Under the pieces are notes generated by a model. The model did not search any database. It had not been told where the DNA came from and saw only the letters and a program-made list of their open reading frames with translations. Of a stretch of DNA of 64,000 bases, positions 39,497 to 53,044 are shown piece by piece (the stretch's first letter is position 1; each line of letters opens with the position of its first letter). The stretch comes from Eledone cirrhosa (lineage: Eukaryota): the NCBI GenBank assembly GCA_964016885.1, contig OZ024740.1, positions 309,876,001 to 309,940,000 of the forward strand, written 5' to 3'. A program made the position numbers and the translations under genes.

Positions 39497-41381
39497 ATAT
39501 TCATTAGTTAAGCAAACCAAGACCACACATTTCACAAGGAAGACATTATTAAAAGATTGTGAACATATTTTAGTTTAATGTAAGGAATGTAGAGAATAAT
39601 AATAATAATATTAATAATAATAGTGTCCGTTTACAATTGTTTCGCTACTCCATATAATATTTCCGGATCAGAAATATGCACAATATTATAATAAGGCTCT
39701 TTCTGAATCTGGTTATGAACAATCCATTTACTAGATACCTAAATGCCATAACACAGCAATTCACCATAATAAACTTAACACTAGAACTAGAAATACCTTA
39801 GCATATAGCGAGATTCGCCGGAATTTTAGCAGTAACAGCACCTATACAGGGAAGTTTAATGGTAGCAGCGGCCTGCTCCCCACTCCAAGTAGCAAACTAA
39901 AAATCAACCTTAGAATAGGAATGAGAAATGGGTAACAACTCCACTAGAACCCCTAGATGGAATATACCTGGTAATATCACCTGGCTTAGCCCCCCATTCT
40001 CATCTAATCTAGCCACTAATATCCCTAAATGCTTCTTCTCTATCCTATCTAAACATTTCCCCCAACCATAGATATTACAAACTCTTTAATAAAAATAACA
40101 TTAAAATCTCATTCTCCACAACACCTAACCTAGCTAGCCACACCGCATTCAGTTACCATCATAAACTAAGACAGTATAATTCCCACACCGCGGTAGCACC
40201 ACCCCTATCAAATACACCACGCCACTACACCAATAATTACTCTAGTAGCACACCTCCCCCATATAATCCTTCTAGCATGACCAACCCCTTAGGTTAAACT
40301 ACCCTACTCTCACTAACCGCAGAAGCAACTGCAACTGCAACTGTCGTTACCCTAATGCATGCCCATTAAATGGACACTGCCTGAGACCCAACATAGTCTA
40401 TAGGTGCACAGTTAAAACTGCTTCGAATACCAGCTCTAACCCTTTTAAGGTACGCTATAACGCGCACTCTTTTTCCTTCCGAGACCCTAGCATCAGATGT
40501 TCGACATCTCTAGCTAGGCTTATTAAAAACCTTAAATTAAGCAACATTGAACACTCACTAAAATGTGATATCGTAGCTAGAGCCCAACCTCTCAATGGAT
40601 GAAGAAAATATTGTCATCTCTGTATTACCGAAGCATACTACATAACTCTATCACGACCTCTACCGATTAACAATAGAACGGAGGTAACTATAAGCTGTCA
40701 ACACCGAACGGCTAATTCCTTCGCCAATAGAATATTTGACCAAACATAGTCATCTAGCCCCATTTTTACTTGTAGCTAATAAGTTAAATAGCTATAACTA
40801 ACTTAGATAATTATAAGCTACCTCCCCTACATTGTCTCTCAATTAAAAAATTTAAAAATTAGCACTTAACTATAAACTACCCACAATTTCTAATCTCTCG
40901 ATGAGTTACTTCGCCTGAAACCACCGTCTAATTAGTAAGGTAAATATGTCTTTTGGCGGCCATCTTGTTACCCATAGGCAGATCTCACGCAATGCAGCCT
41001 CGACAGATGGATACTGCTTGATTATGGCTGAAAATTGATACAACCAGGACACCTAAATGAAATACCAATATATGGAACATTACATTATGTAACATTCTCT
41101 CCTTATTTTAATTTATATTCCTTTGAAGTTCCGATGAGCCGCTCTATTTTTAAATATGTTAATTATTTTCAACTGAACCAGATCAATAATGATATATAGT
41201 CATCTGATCCATAAATAATTATATGGAGTAGCGAACAATTGTAAACGGACATTATTATTATTAATATTATTATTATTATTATTCTCTACATTCCTTACAT
41301 TAAACTAAAATATGTTGACAATCTTTTAATAATGTCTTCCTTGTGAAATTTGTGGTCTTGTTTTGCTTAACTAATGAATAT
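39497..41381 (+). mobile_element. PLE 3' fragment with inverted pseudo-LTR (left arm copy)
   Basis: NITWLSPPFS, KLFNKNNIKISFSTTPN, CNCRYPNACPLNGHCL, FKVRYNAH, CHLCITE; 39497-39672 is inverted relative to 41202-41381. Confidence 0.8.
41128..41246 (+). ncRNA. Hammerhead motif with long stem II (mirror copy at 42618-42736, minus strand)
   Basis: gtt-CCGATGA-gccgctcta..tggagtagc-GAA(A)-caattg-TA-aac. GAAA is intact in the inverted partial copy at ~39640. Confidence 0.55.
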
Positions 41382-42482
41382 ATATATATAGAAGTGGTTA
41401 CACAACCACTTCTACCTAACTCGTCCCATGGACTGAGTGCTCTCCCACTACGGATATTACCTTCCAGTGTTCTACCACTTTATATATATATATTCGAGGA
41501 TGTTGAAGAATATTGGGTATATATATATTTTTTATTTGTGTCTAATATTTCTTCTTCCTTTATAATGTATTATATAGCTCTGATATTGAGTCAATCTGAT
41601 TCATTCAGATTATTTTGTCCCTATTAATCATAGAGCAACAACGGTTAAGGTTTGCACCACACAAATGCAGGGATACATGTGTGTATATTCATGTATATAT
41701 ATGTATTCGCATGTATCTGTGTATTTCTTTTTATTGTCTATAACTCCCTGCAGTAGAGTAACCACAGAAATATAGTGACTGCTGTCAAGCTTATACTATT
41801 TACACTTCTAGCCCTCCTTAGCCAACGCGTCTGTAGCTGAGATATTAATACCTCCTCCGCCATTTGTGGCATTTTTCTCTTGGTTGTAAGAGGCTTAACT
41901 CTGTTTCCTGACCGCTGTATCACGTGATAAATTCCCCTTCCGCCTTTCTGGGATTCTCTCTCACGCCTTGCGGACGTGTTTTGAAACTTTAATGAGGTAT
42001 TCCCTTGATAAGTTGGCAAACCTCACACAAATAGTGTATCTCTATGATGTAATGTCTTTGCATAGTAGCCACGAAACTGCGCAGTCGAGGATGTTGAAGA
42101 ATATTGGGTATATATATATATATATATATATATATACCCAATATTCTTCAACATCCTCGACATATATATACATGAATATACACACATGTATCCCTGCATT
42201 TGTGTGGTGCAAACCTTAACCGTTGTTGCTCTATGATTAATAGGGACAAAATAATCTGAATGAATCAGATTGACTCAATATCAGAGCTATATAATACATT
42301 ATAAAGGAAGAAGAAATATTAGACACAAATAAAAAATATATATATACCCAATATTCTTCAACATCCTCGAATATATATATATAAAGTGGTAGAACACTGG
42401 AAGGTAATATCCGTAGTGGGAGAGCACTCAGTCCATGGGACGAGTTAGGTAGAAGTGGTTGTGTAACCACTTCTATATATAT

Positions 42483-44370
42483 ATATTCATTAGTTAAGCA
42501 AAACAAGACCACAAATTTCACAAGGAAGACATTATTAAAAGATTGTCAACATATTTTAGTTTAATGTAAGGAATGTAGAGAATAATAATAATAATAATAT
42601 TAATAATAATAATGTCCGTTTACAATTGTTCGCTACTCCATATAATTATTTATGGATCAGATGACTATATATCATTATTGATCTGGTTCAGTTGAAAATA
42701 ATTAACATATTTAAAAATAGAGCGGCTCATCGGAACTTCAAAGGAATATAAATTAAAATAAGGAGAGAATGTTACATAATGTAATGTTCCATATATTGGT
42801 ATTTCATTTAGGTGTCCTGGTTGTATCAATTTTCAGCCATAATCAAGCAGTATCCATCTGTCGAGGCTGCATTGCGTGAGATCTGCCTATGGGTAACAAG
42901 ATGGCCGCCAAAAGACATATTTACCTTACTAATTAGACGGTGGTTTCAGGCGAAGTAACTCATCGAGAGATTAGAAATTGTGGGTAGTTTATAGTTAAGT
43001 GCTAATTTTTAAATTTTTTAATTGAGAGACAATGTAGGGGAGGTAGCTTATAATTATCTAAGTTAGTTATAGCTATTTAACTTATTAGCTACAAGTAAAA
43101 ATGGGGCTAGATGACTATGTTTGGTCAAATATTCTATTGGCGAAGGAATTAGCCGTTCGGTGTTGACAGCTTATAGTTACCTCCGTTCTATTGTTAATCG
43201 GTAGAGGTCGTGATAGAGTTATGTAGTATGCTTCGGTAATACAGAGATGACAATATTTTCTTCATCCATTGAGAGGTTGGGCTCTAGCTACGATATCACA
43301 TTTTAGTGAGTGTTCAATGTTGCTTAATTTAAGGTTTTTAATAAGCCTAGCTAGAGATGTCGAACATCTGATGCTAGGGTCTCGGAAGGAAAAAGAGTGC
43401 GCGTTATAGCGTACCTTAAAAGGGTTAGAGCTGGTATTCGAAGCAGTTTTAACCGTGCACCTATAGACTATGTTGGGTCTCAGGCAGTGTCCATTTAATG
43501 GGCATGCATTAGGGTAACGACAGTTGCAGTTGCAGTTGCTTCTGCGGTTAGTGAGAGTAGGGTAGTTTAACCTAAGGGGTTGGTCATGCTAGAAGGATTA
43601 TATGGGGGAGGTGTGCTACTAGAGTAATTATTGGTGTAGTGGCGTGGTGTATTTGATAGGGGTGGTGCTACCGCGGTGTGGGAATTATACTGTCTTAGTT
43701 TATGATGGTAACTGAATGCGGTGTGGCTAGCTAGGTTAGGTGTTGTGGAGAATGAGATTTTAATGTTATTTTTATTAAAGAGTTTGTAATATCTATGGTT
43801 GGGGGAAATGTTTAGATAGGATAGAGAAGAAGCATTTAGGGATATTAGTGGCTAGATTAGATGAGAATGGGGGGGCTAAGCCAGGTGATATTACCGGGTA
43901 TATTCCATCTAGGGGTTCTAGTGGAGTTGTTACCCATTTCTCATTCCTATTCTAAGGTTGATTTTTAGTTTGCTACTTGGAGTGGGGAGCAGGCCGCTGC
44001 TACCATTAAACTTCCCTGTATAGGTGCTGTTACTGCTAAAATTCCGGCGAATCTCGCTATATGCTAAGGTATTTCTAGTTCTAGTGTTAAGTTTATTATG
44101 GTGAATTGCTGTGTTATGGCATTTAGGTATCTAGTAAATGGATTGTTCATAACCAGATTCAGAAAGAGCCTTATTATAATATTGTGCATATTTCTGATCC
44201 GGAAATATTATATGGAGTAGCGAAACAATTGTAAACGGACACTATTATTATTAATATTATTATTATTATTCTCTACATTCCTTACATTAAACTAAAATAT
44301 GTTCACAATCTTTTAATAATGTCTTCCTTGTGAAATGTGTGGTCTTGGTTTGCTTAACTAATGAATATTT
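42483..44370 (-). mobile_element. PLE 3' fragment (right arm copy)
   Basis: Reverse complement of 39497-41381. Confidence 0.8.
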
Positions 44371-44544
44371 CCAGCTCTGCGTGCCTAACCTCTGCATGAA
44401 CCCAGCCACCTAGCTGCTTTCTACTGCATATTGCACATTGAGCACGTGCCTTTACGCTTTGGCTTCTAACTAATTCACCAATCTCTCCTCTCCTATCTCC
44501 TCTCCTATCTCCATCTCTTTCTTTAAGATTGGTTACTCTTGAAC

Positions 44545-44591
<47 letters not shown>

Positions 44592-45020
44592 GGAAAATAG
44601 GGTTTGAAATTTGCAAAACTTGATATTTGGGTTATTTAGAAGGTTTCTGTATTAATTGGCCAATGAATATGATGATTATTTATATATTTGTTTTAGATAT
44701 TTTTTGTTTAATTTGCCGGTTTCAGCTGTTTTACGACCTTTTCAAAAAGAATGAGAACTACGGCACAGATTCAACAACTTAAATTTTACCGCCAACGGTA
44801 AACACCCATCCGGATATTAAACTAACCACCTGCAAGTTAATAAAAAAACTGAAGTGAAAACAGCAGGTGCGTGTGTTTTATATTAGCAGAATGACCCTCC
44901 TAAACTATATCAATATCTGTTTCAGATGAGAAAATTTGCAACATTAATACAAAAACGCGCGTAACAGGTCGTTACACAATAAAAATCTAAAATCATGTAA
45001 ACAAAATTTCAACGTTCGTA

Positions 45021-45071
<51 letters not shown>

Positions 45072-45187
45072 CGCCACACCCACATTCAGACTTATGTATG
45101 TGTGCGTGATATGTGCGGGATGTGAAAGCGTATATGCGTGTTGGAAACATTCCGACATTATTATGCAAGGTTAACTTTGCCTTTCAT

Positions 45188-45274
<87 letters not shown>

Positions 45275-45276
45275 GT

Positions 45277-45790
45277 ATATATTGAGATCGAAACTCAAAA
45301 TAGTCTCTTACAATTAAATTGGTGAAAGAAAATATTTTCCGGACCATGTAATATAATTGAATATGAAAGAGAGATAAACACAGATATATATACATATATG
45401 TGTTCAAATCGTAAGGGATCAGATCGCTAGGCTGAAAAAAATACTAACTATAATCAAGCGGTTTGCCAGACTCAATTTAAAAGAATAAATTAAGAAAAAA
45501 TACAAACAGAAATTGTGATAACTGTCAAATTGTACACCCAGAGAGCTTTTGGCAATGCTGTTTCCCAATTTAGTGAAAGGGAATTACCAATTATATTGCT
45601 CGTAAAACGTCTCTCGTAGAACGTATGCTACTAAAAACATTTGGTCCCTTACGTTTTGAACACATATATGTATATATCTGTGTTTATCTCTCGTTTATAT
45701 TCAATTATACTACACAGCCCGAAATATTTTTTCCCTTGAGCTATTTCATTGTAAGAGACTATTTGGAGTTTCTAATTCAATATCAATATA
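45277..45790. mobile_element. Old MITE-like or foldback element with ~145-bp diverged inverted repeats
   Basis: 45277-45420 is an imperfect reverse complement of 45643-45790. Confidence 0.5.
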
Positions 45791-46197
45791 TACTCTTGAT
45801 AAATTCGGCTCCTTTAATTTGTAGAGCTACTTTAAATGTCGAGTAAATCTGGCTGATATTTTAGTTGCATACATTTTACGAGGCACGCTAAGCTTTGAAT
45901 GCTATGTGCGTTATTTTAAACACGTGCCTCACTCAGTCTTCTGGGATACTTAGAAGTGAAGGGTTTACTAATTCAACATCCACTGAGTAGCAATAGAATT
46001 GATAATTCCCTTTAATTAAATAGAAATACAAGTAAGCATGTGTGTGGTAAAAAACTTCGCTTGAGAAATAGAAGTTTCTAGGTTTACGCCATCTTCAGAA
46101 CATCGCGGTAATGTGTCGTCTATTATAAATCTGTTTTCACAAATCGCTATGAAAATCTTTACACTGGTCTGGATTTGATTCATGTCACTTAGCAAAT

Positions 46198-47815
46198 AAT
46201 GTTATTTACAGGCATAGTTCTTGAAGTTAAGCAGATCAAAATGTGTTAATATAGCAAGAGTGCTTAGTTGATCCATGATTCTATGATGGAGGCAAATGGT
46301 GAACTGATGTTTGATATGATTTCCTATGGATTACAGCCATGAACAACTCCCTTTCCTCGACATCCTCATCAAGAAAACAAGCAACAAAATAGAAACAGAC
46401 ATACACTACAAACCCACAGACTCCAAACAATACCTCCCATTCAACTCGTGCCACCCTAGACACACCAAAATGGCAATTCCTTATAACCTAGCCAGAAGGT
46501 TCTGTACAATAGTTTCAGATAAATACACTTGCTACACACGACTAGTAGAATTAAAAAGCACACTTATCAGCAGAAACTACCCACCATCCCTAATCAACAA
46601 TGGATTCCAACGTGCCCTAAAACTAGACATCCAGGAACTCAGACACCCCAAACCCAGGAATGAACCGCAACAGAAAACTCTACCATACATCTCCACACAC
46701 AACCCCCTCAACAATGAGGCATTCGACACCATCCTCCAGAACATTCCTTTACTAAAAAGAGACCCAAGAATGAACAAAATCCTCCAACCACACAACATCA
46801 TAAAGAGCAAAGACAACCTAAATCCATCAAAAACATTCTCACACAAGCCAAAATCCTACAAACCCTCACAATGAACCCTACAGTAACAAAATGCGGAAGG
46901 CCCAACTGTGGCATATGCATAATTCTAATAGAAGGTTCAACATTCCATTTTAAACAAGGACAACATTTCACAGTTAAACACAACTTTACATGTGCATCTG
47001 AAACCTAATCTATGTTTTGACCTGCTCAGGTTGTCAAGAGCACTACATAGGACAGACAAAAAAACAGCCTCCGTCAACGTATGACCGTCTATAAATCACA
47101 AATTAAAATACAGGAATACAGAAAGATTGCAATTAGTGACCATATCGCCAATTGTGCACACAACCAACATCCAAACTTTAAAATTTTCCCACTTACAAAT
47201 TTATAGACAACGCTACTTTCATCCAACGTACCAATAAGGAAACATATTTCATTAACAAATTCCAACCTCTACTTAATGCACTAAAAATCGGACCAAACTA
47301 AAACTGCAACAAACAATCAAACATTTACAAGAGTTACCTCCCCTACACCCTACCTAATCCTTTTTCTTAAATAAATTAAATATCATCCAGCAAGAATTGC
47401 TTCCCCCTGCATATTAACTCTCTAAAAAGGGAAATTATATTAAACAGCAGTCCACCATTTGCCTCCATCATGGAATCATGGATCAACTAAGCACTCTTGC
47501 TATATTAACACATTTTGATCTGCTTAACTTCAAGAACTATGCCTGTAAATAACATTATTTTTTCTTTCACATTGACTTTTTATGCTCTACATTACGTTTG
47601 TTTTTTTTTCTTCTTTTTTTCTTTTTTCTTTTTTCTTTTTTCTTTTTTCTTTTTTCTTCTTTCTTTTTTCTTTTTTCTTTTTTCTTTTCACTTCATAAAC
47701 CTTGATTGTAAATAACATTATTCTTTCTGCACCTTCTCTTTAACATGTACGACACCTCACTAATACAATGCACTATCATTTGATAATGCATAAAAATGCT
47801 GAAACCGGTAATAGA
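46198..47815 (+). mobile_element. PLE 3' fragment (third family, Cys-linker, possibly Neptune-like) with inverted pseudo-LTR piece
   Basis: LPFLDILI..YKPTDSKQYLPFNSCHPRH; CGRPNCGIC; LIYVLTCSGCQEHYIGQT..LRQRM. 46198-46300 is inverted at 47454-47556. Decayed HHR-like motif TTGATAA..GAAACCGGTA at 47773-47814. Confidence 0.85.
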
Positions 47816-48580
47816 CAATTATTAAATATATAAATAGATAAATAAATGTCAATGTTAAATAATAAATAAATCAACTAATACCTTAACACTTCACACAAAG
47901 TAAAACATTTTGTTTTAATCATTTTCTAACCCAGAAAAAGAGAGAGAGAAATAAAAAATGGAAAAAAAAATATTTTTCTTCCTAATAATCGTCTCTTTCT
48001 CCCTGTTTCATATATATATATATATCCTAACTCGTGTGCTTCCCCTCCACATTTTTTTATTATTATTATATAAGAGAGGGAAATATGGGCATTCTGGCGG
48101 GAGAGTTCAAGTATAAAAGGGGGATTGCATTCGTAACGCCTGTTTGCACAGCAAATTGGAGAAGCATGTTAATAAGATGTACTTGAGTCAATATCTCAAC
48201 AAAGAAAGACAAAAAGTTCTGTTTATACTTATATATACTTATATAAATCGAATGTTTTCTGTCCTGCATCTCGCTTTGGAAAATTGCCATTACTTGATCA
48301 TCATGTTCTCAACATAAGAGGCAAAAGCAAAAGAAAAATGATTATGAAACACACATCTAAGTTGTTTAAATCAAGTGATGCATATTATTTATCATATTTC
48401 TATGAATTGTGACACTTCTGGTTGCATATTAACAAGTTGATTTTCCGTTATAGACTTTTATGCATAAATATTATTTGAGATTGTTTAATGATATCACGCG
48501 AGTTGTTGCTGCAGCTGCGCAACTGCGCTACTAAAATGCGCTTAATATTTAACAATATAAAATTGTTTATCGTTTATTCC

Positions 48581-48704
<124 letters not shown>

Positions 48705-51700
48705 CACGAGGAACGTGTAGTATACTTGATTATTAAATATGACAAACTTATCGAACCACCTACAAATTATATATTTAAGGTATACAAGGTTTTAAATAAC
48801 TTTATTATACATTTTTTCTAAATAAGGTGCATCACCCAGAATGACTGCTTCCTTGTTGAAATGTGCGATTCAGCTGGTGTTTATTCATTTTGCACATTAT
48901 CCTGAAAATGGCAGCCTTCAATGAATATTTGGTATGGTAGGGAGGATTATATTTTGCCGCCTCAACAACGTTTTGCTCGCAGTAGTCCAGAAAATTTGAA
49001 TCTGTCGATTTGGGGTCAATATTTTGAATCTTACATGATCCTGAATATTGTCAGCCATACACACTGGCGTCACCTGCAGTTTATGAGAAAATATTGAATC
49101 CTGTGAAAACCACGTATGGTTATTTCACAGGATCCAGGTAGGTAATAGACGTATTTTTCCAGACTCCGTTAATTATATTATTATGCCGAAAGTTTAAACT
49201 TGTCCATCTTTCCAGCTTTAGTCTTTTTCACTGTTTATGCTGTTTATTTATTTCTAATCATAATATTTGTATGTAGTTATCTTCTATTTATCTACTTATT
49301 TATTTATCTGGGTTTTTATTTTTTGTCAAAATACTTCCATGTTGTTTCTGCATATTCTTTCTTGTGATACCCTGTTATTTACATATACCAACAGATAGTT
49401 CTGCACCCCTTTGCACAAAGTTTTGTTATAAGTGATATTCCAACTTTATACCTGAATTTGTCAGCCAGAGGTCGGAAGATGGAGTCTTATGATCTGTGCT
49501 TATTTATGTACATACCATTATAAACCCTTTAAATGAAGAATAGCAAAACGGTAAATATATCTCCATGGCCGCAGAATAAATTATATAAATGATATGCTTT
49601 TTCAAAAGCAGAACATAACCCAAAACTAGATATGCGTATGTAAAACCACCGTCACATTGGATCCAACATTATTCAAACGAATGCCAAGTAACTAGCTTTG
49701 TAGTTATTAATTTCTGTCTACATGATATGATAAGATAAACGCATATGTGCTGAAGATAATTACAACAAATTTTGATTCAATTTTCTGATACAAAACAATG
49801 AAAACACACTTAATGATATACAGATTGTAATATAATCTAGCATATTTACAGTGGTAGACGTTAATATGTTGACCTATGTATATATTAACTAAAAGTAATA
49901 TGGTTCCAAGCCAGAATTTGAACAGAATCGGCAAAATCAATATATAAAATTAGAAGGGAGAAGACGACACCACTGATCTAAGATAATTACTTTCAACAAA
50001 TATCACTAAGTTGTCAATAATTTATTACCATGGCGAGAAGACATGGTAAACAAGGAATGTCTCATATTGAAATGTGCGTTAGAATTTATTTGCCCATGTG
50101 GCACAATTTTACAAAAGGAAGATACAAACATACACAATAGAAACGGTTTTTATTCAGATGGTCAGGATTTACGCTGTGCAATTAACTAACAATTAAGAAC
50201 AATTTCCTTAAATACGAAGTCATCTCAGAAATGCCAAGATCGCCATCTAAAGTATAAATATCATATGAGTTGCAGCTTTGCTAATTTAGTATCACACTAC
50301 CAAGCTACATAACTATGATGCCTACCCATATACCTCTGGAAACGAGCTAATGGGATATTCTTTACGTGGATGCTCGATCCCTTAAAAGAATTGATCACAT
50401 CTCCCTTAACCCTGTCTTATGAACTGCAGGACCTATTTTGTAATGTAGTCCAAGATTTCTATTCAGGGCTAATTTTGCCGAAGCTAGAATATACTCATAT
50501 GCCTCCTTAATCAATATTTTTTCATGAGCTAAACACCTATAACTTCGAAGGGGACACATTAACAGTATATGTACAGGACCTACGAAAGTTATTCAGTATT
50601 CAAATCAGAGTCATTAAACGAAGGCAACAAATATCCAACTTTACATCGTAAACGGTATGAAACCTTATTCTTGCCGAGAACCAGTCAAAATTACACATGT
50701 AATATCTTAAAAGGTACTACTCTTGAATTAAATTGAATGCTACCTCGAGTATCTTTTACATAAAAATGCCCGACAATACATTCTACCCATCTAAAAGAAT
50801 ATATTTGACAAAGAAACGAAAGAAATGTACAAAGCTCTATGAAAACGGGTCAACATTAAAGCAAAACATATTTTATTGAGCATGAAAGCAATATTGAAGG
50901 TTTAAACCCAAGTATCTATCAGACATGGTAGCAGGTGTTTGTGACAAACACTGTAACATGTTTTTGTGACAAACAAATATTTCACTTACACATGCGACAC
51001 ACATCTATCAAATGCTGCAGCATACAACACAAGAAACAAACAAAAACAGTTTAAGCTGAAATAATATATAAGTCATAAACATTACCAGAACATTCCAGTA
51101 TATACATTATGAGAAACATTTCGTAATGGTCTTTGTTGAGCTTTATACATAATAAAAATGCACAAAATTAAGTTCCCACTTTTACTGAAAAGAAGCTCTT
51201 GATCCAGCAAAATTGAATGCAATATTTCATTACGTCAGATATTTCTGATTAATATTGATCTGGAGATGTTCATAGATGTTGAAGTATCTTATACAGCATG
51301 TAATAAATGTATAGTATCGCAGAATCCCTGAAGGAGTTTTCAAAATACCGAATGTTTAGATGTTGGAAACTTCTCTCTGTAGTGTGCAATATCAACAAAA
51401 ATTGGACACACACTTCTACACGAGAGAATATATATTAATCAGTTAAAACTACATTATCACTCAGATCCTATGTACATATTTCTGTCTATGCATATGCTTA
51501 TCTCACTATCTATTTGCAAATATAGTTTACCATATACATTTTGTATTTTGAATGTATATTCGTTATGTTGCCTATTGTCCCTCTTCTGTCAAATAACTTT
51601 AATCTTCAATTTTCTGTCGTTCCTCGTCTTTCCGTTATGAAAACGTATTCTCTACAGTCTTTGTCTGATTCGTGTTGCTTGTTTGTTGTATCTTACTGAA

Positions 51701-51788
51701 ACATATTTCCATCTTCTCTAGCATATACATCATCATATACACTAGGTGATGAAAGTAAGCACTTGTGTCTGCTTCAAGTTTTACAATA

Positions 51789-51789
<1 letters not shown>

Positions 51790-51849
<60 letters not shown>

Positions 51850-51934
51850 CCACACCCCCCCCCCCACACACACACATACACACACACATAAACACACACA
51901 TAAACACACACATACACACACACATACACGCACG

Positions 51935-52007
<73 letters not shown>

Positions 52008-52025
52008 ACACACACACACACACAA
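51790..52025. repeat. (CA)n microsatellite
   Basis: Read directly from the sequence. Confidence 0.95.
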
Positions 52026-52089
52026 ACATATATATATAAATCGCCACAGACGAATGTAAGAAAGTTCTCCACCAGGAATCTTTAAGAAG

Positions 52090-52170
52090 TCTCCCACCGA
52101 AGTTAACAGAGTACTTACAAGATCTTCAAAACAAAATTGTTCAGAACTACAGGTGAAGACTACAGAATCA

Positions 52171-52210
<40 letters not shown>

Positions 52211-52211
52211 G

Positions 52212-52294
<83 letters not shown>

Positions 52295-52702
52295 GTAATG
52301 CAATAACAGAGATAGTTTAAAGCTAAACTCTGACTGGTAACCATCTCACTCAACAAACATTAGGTTATATTAAAATATAAACCAAATTTAAGTGTTTGGG
52401 GTGCTAAGGGTAATAGGAACAAGTAAGACCCCGACGGCTGAGCTCAAGCCGTTTCGACGGCTAATTCTGGACTGAATTCAGTCCAGAATTAGCCGTCGAA
52501 ACGGCTTGAGCTCAGCCGTCGGGGTCTTACCAGAATTAGCCGTCGAAACGGCTTGAGCTCAGCCGTCGGGGTCTTACTTGTTCCTATTACCCTTAGCACC
52601 CCAAACACTTAAATTTGGTTTATATTTTAATATAACATAATGTTTGTTGAGTGAGATGGTTACCAGTCAGAGTTTAGCTTTAAACTATCTCTGTTATTGC
52701 AT

Positions 52703-52779
<77 letters not shown>

Positions 52780-52992
52780 GGCTTGAGCTCAGCCGTCGGG
52801 ATCTTACTTGTTCCTATTACCCACTCTACTAACCTAAGTAGTACTTTGGTACTTTGGTTCGTTATGGTCCACCTGGTTCCTTACCACATTTCCTTCGTTA
52901 TATATATATATATATTGCTTCTGTAGACTTCACTTGTAGTTCTGAACAATTTGGTTTTGAAGATCTTATAAGTACTTTGTTAACTTCGGTGG

Positions 52993-52996
<4 letters not shown>
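52090..52996. repeat. Nested palindromic (foldback) repeat
   Basis: Outer diverged arms 52090-52170 and 52914-52996; near-perfect middle arms ~52290-52470 and 52530-52710; perfect 108-bp palindrome at 52423-52530. Confidence 0.9.

Positions 52997-53044
<48 letters not shown>

Larger units (their letters stand above)
38669..45192. repeat. 6.5-kb palindrome (arms 38669-41704 and 42160-45192, ~455-bp spacer)
   Basis: Arms are reverse complements. Only two substitutions (near 39968 and 40410) and TA-tract length differences were noticed. Confidence 0.95.

Noticed and set aside
51722-51754. Possible 33-nt exon followed by gtaagc
   Set aside because: No recognisable homology or supporting neighbouring exons.
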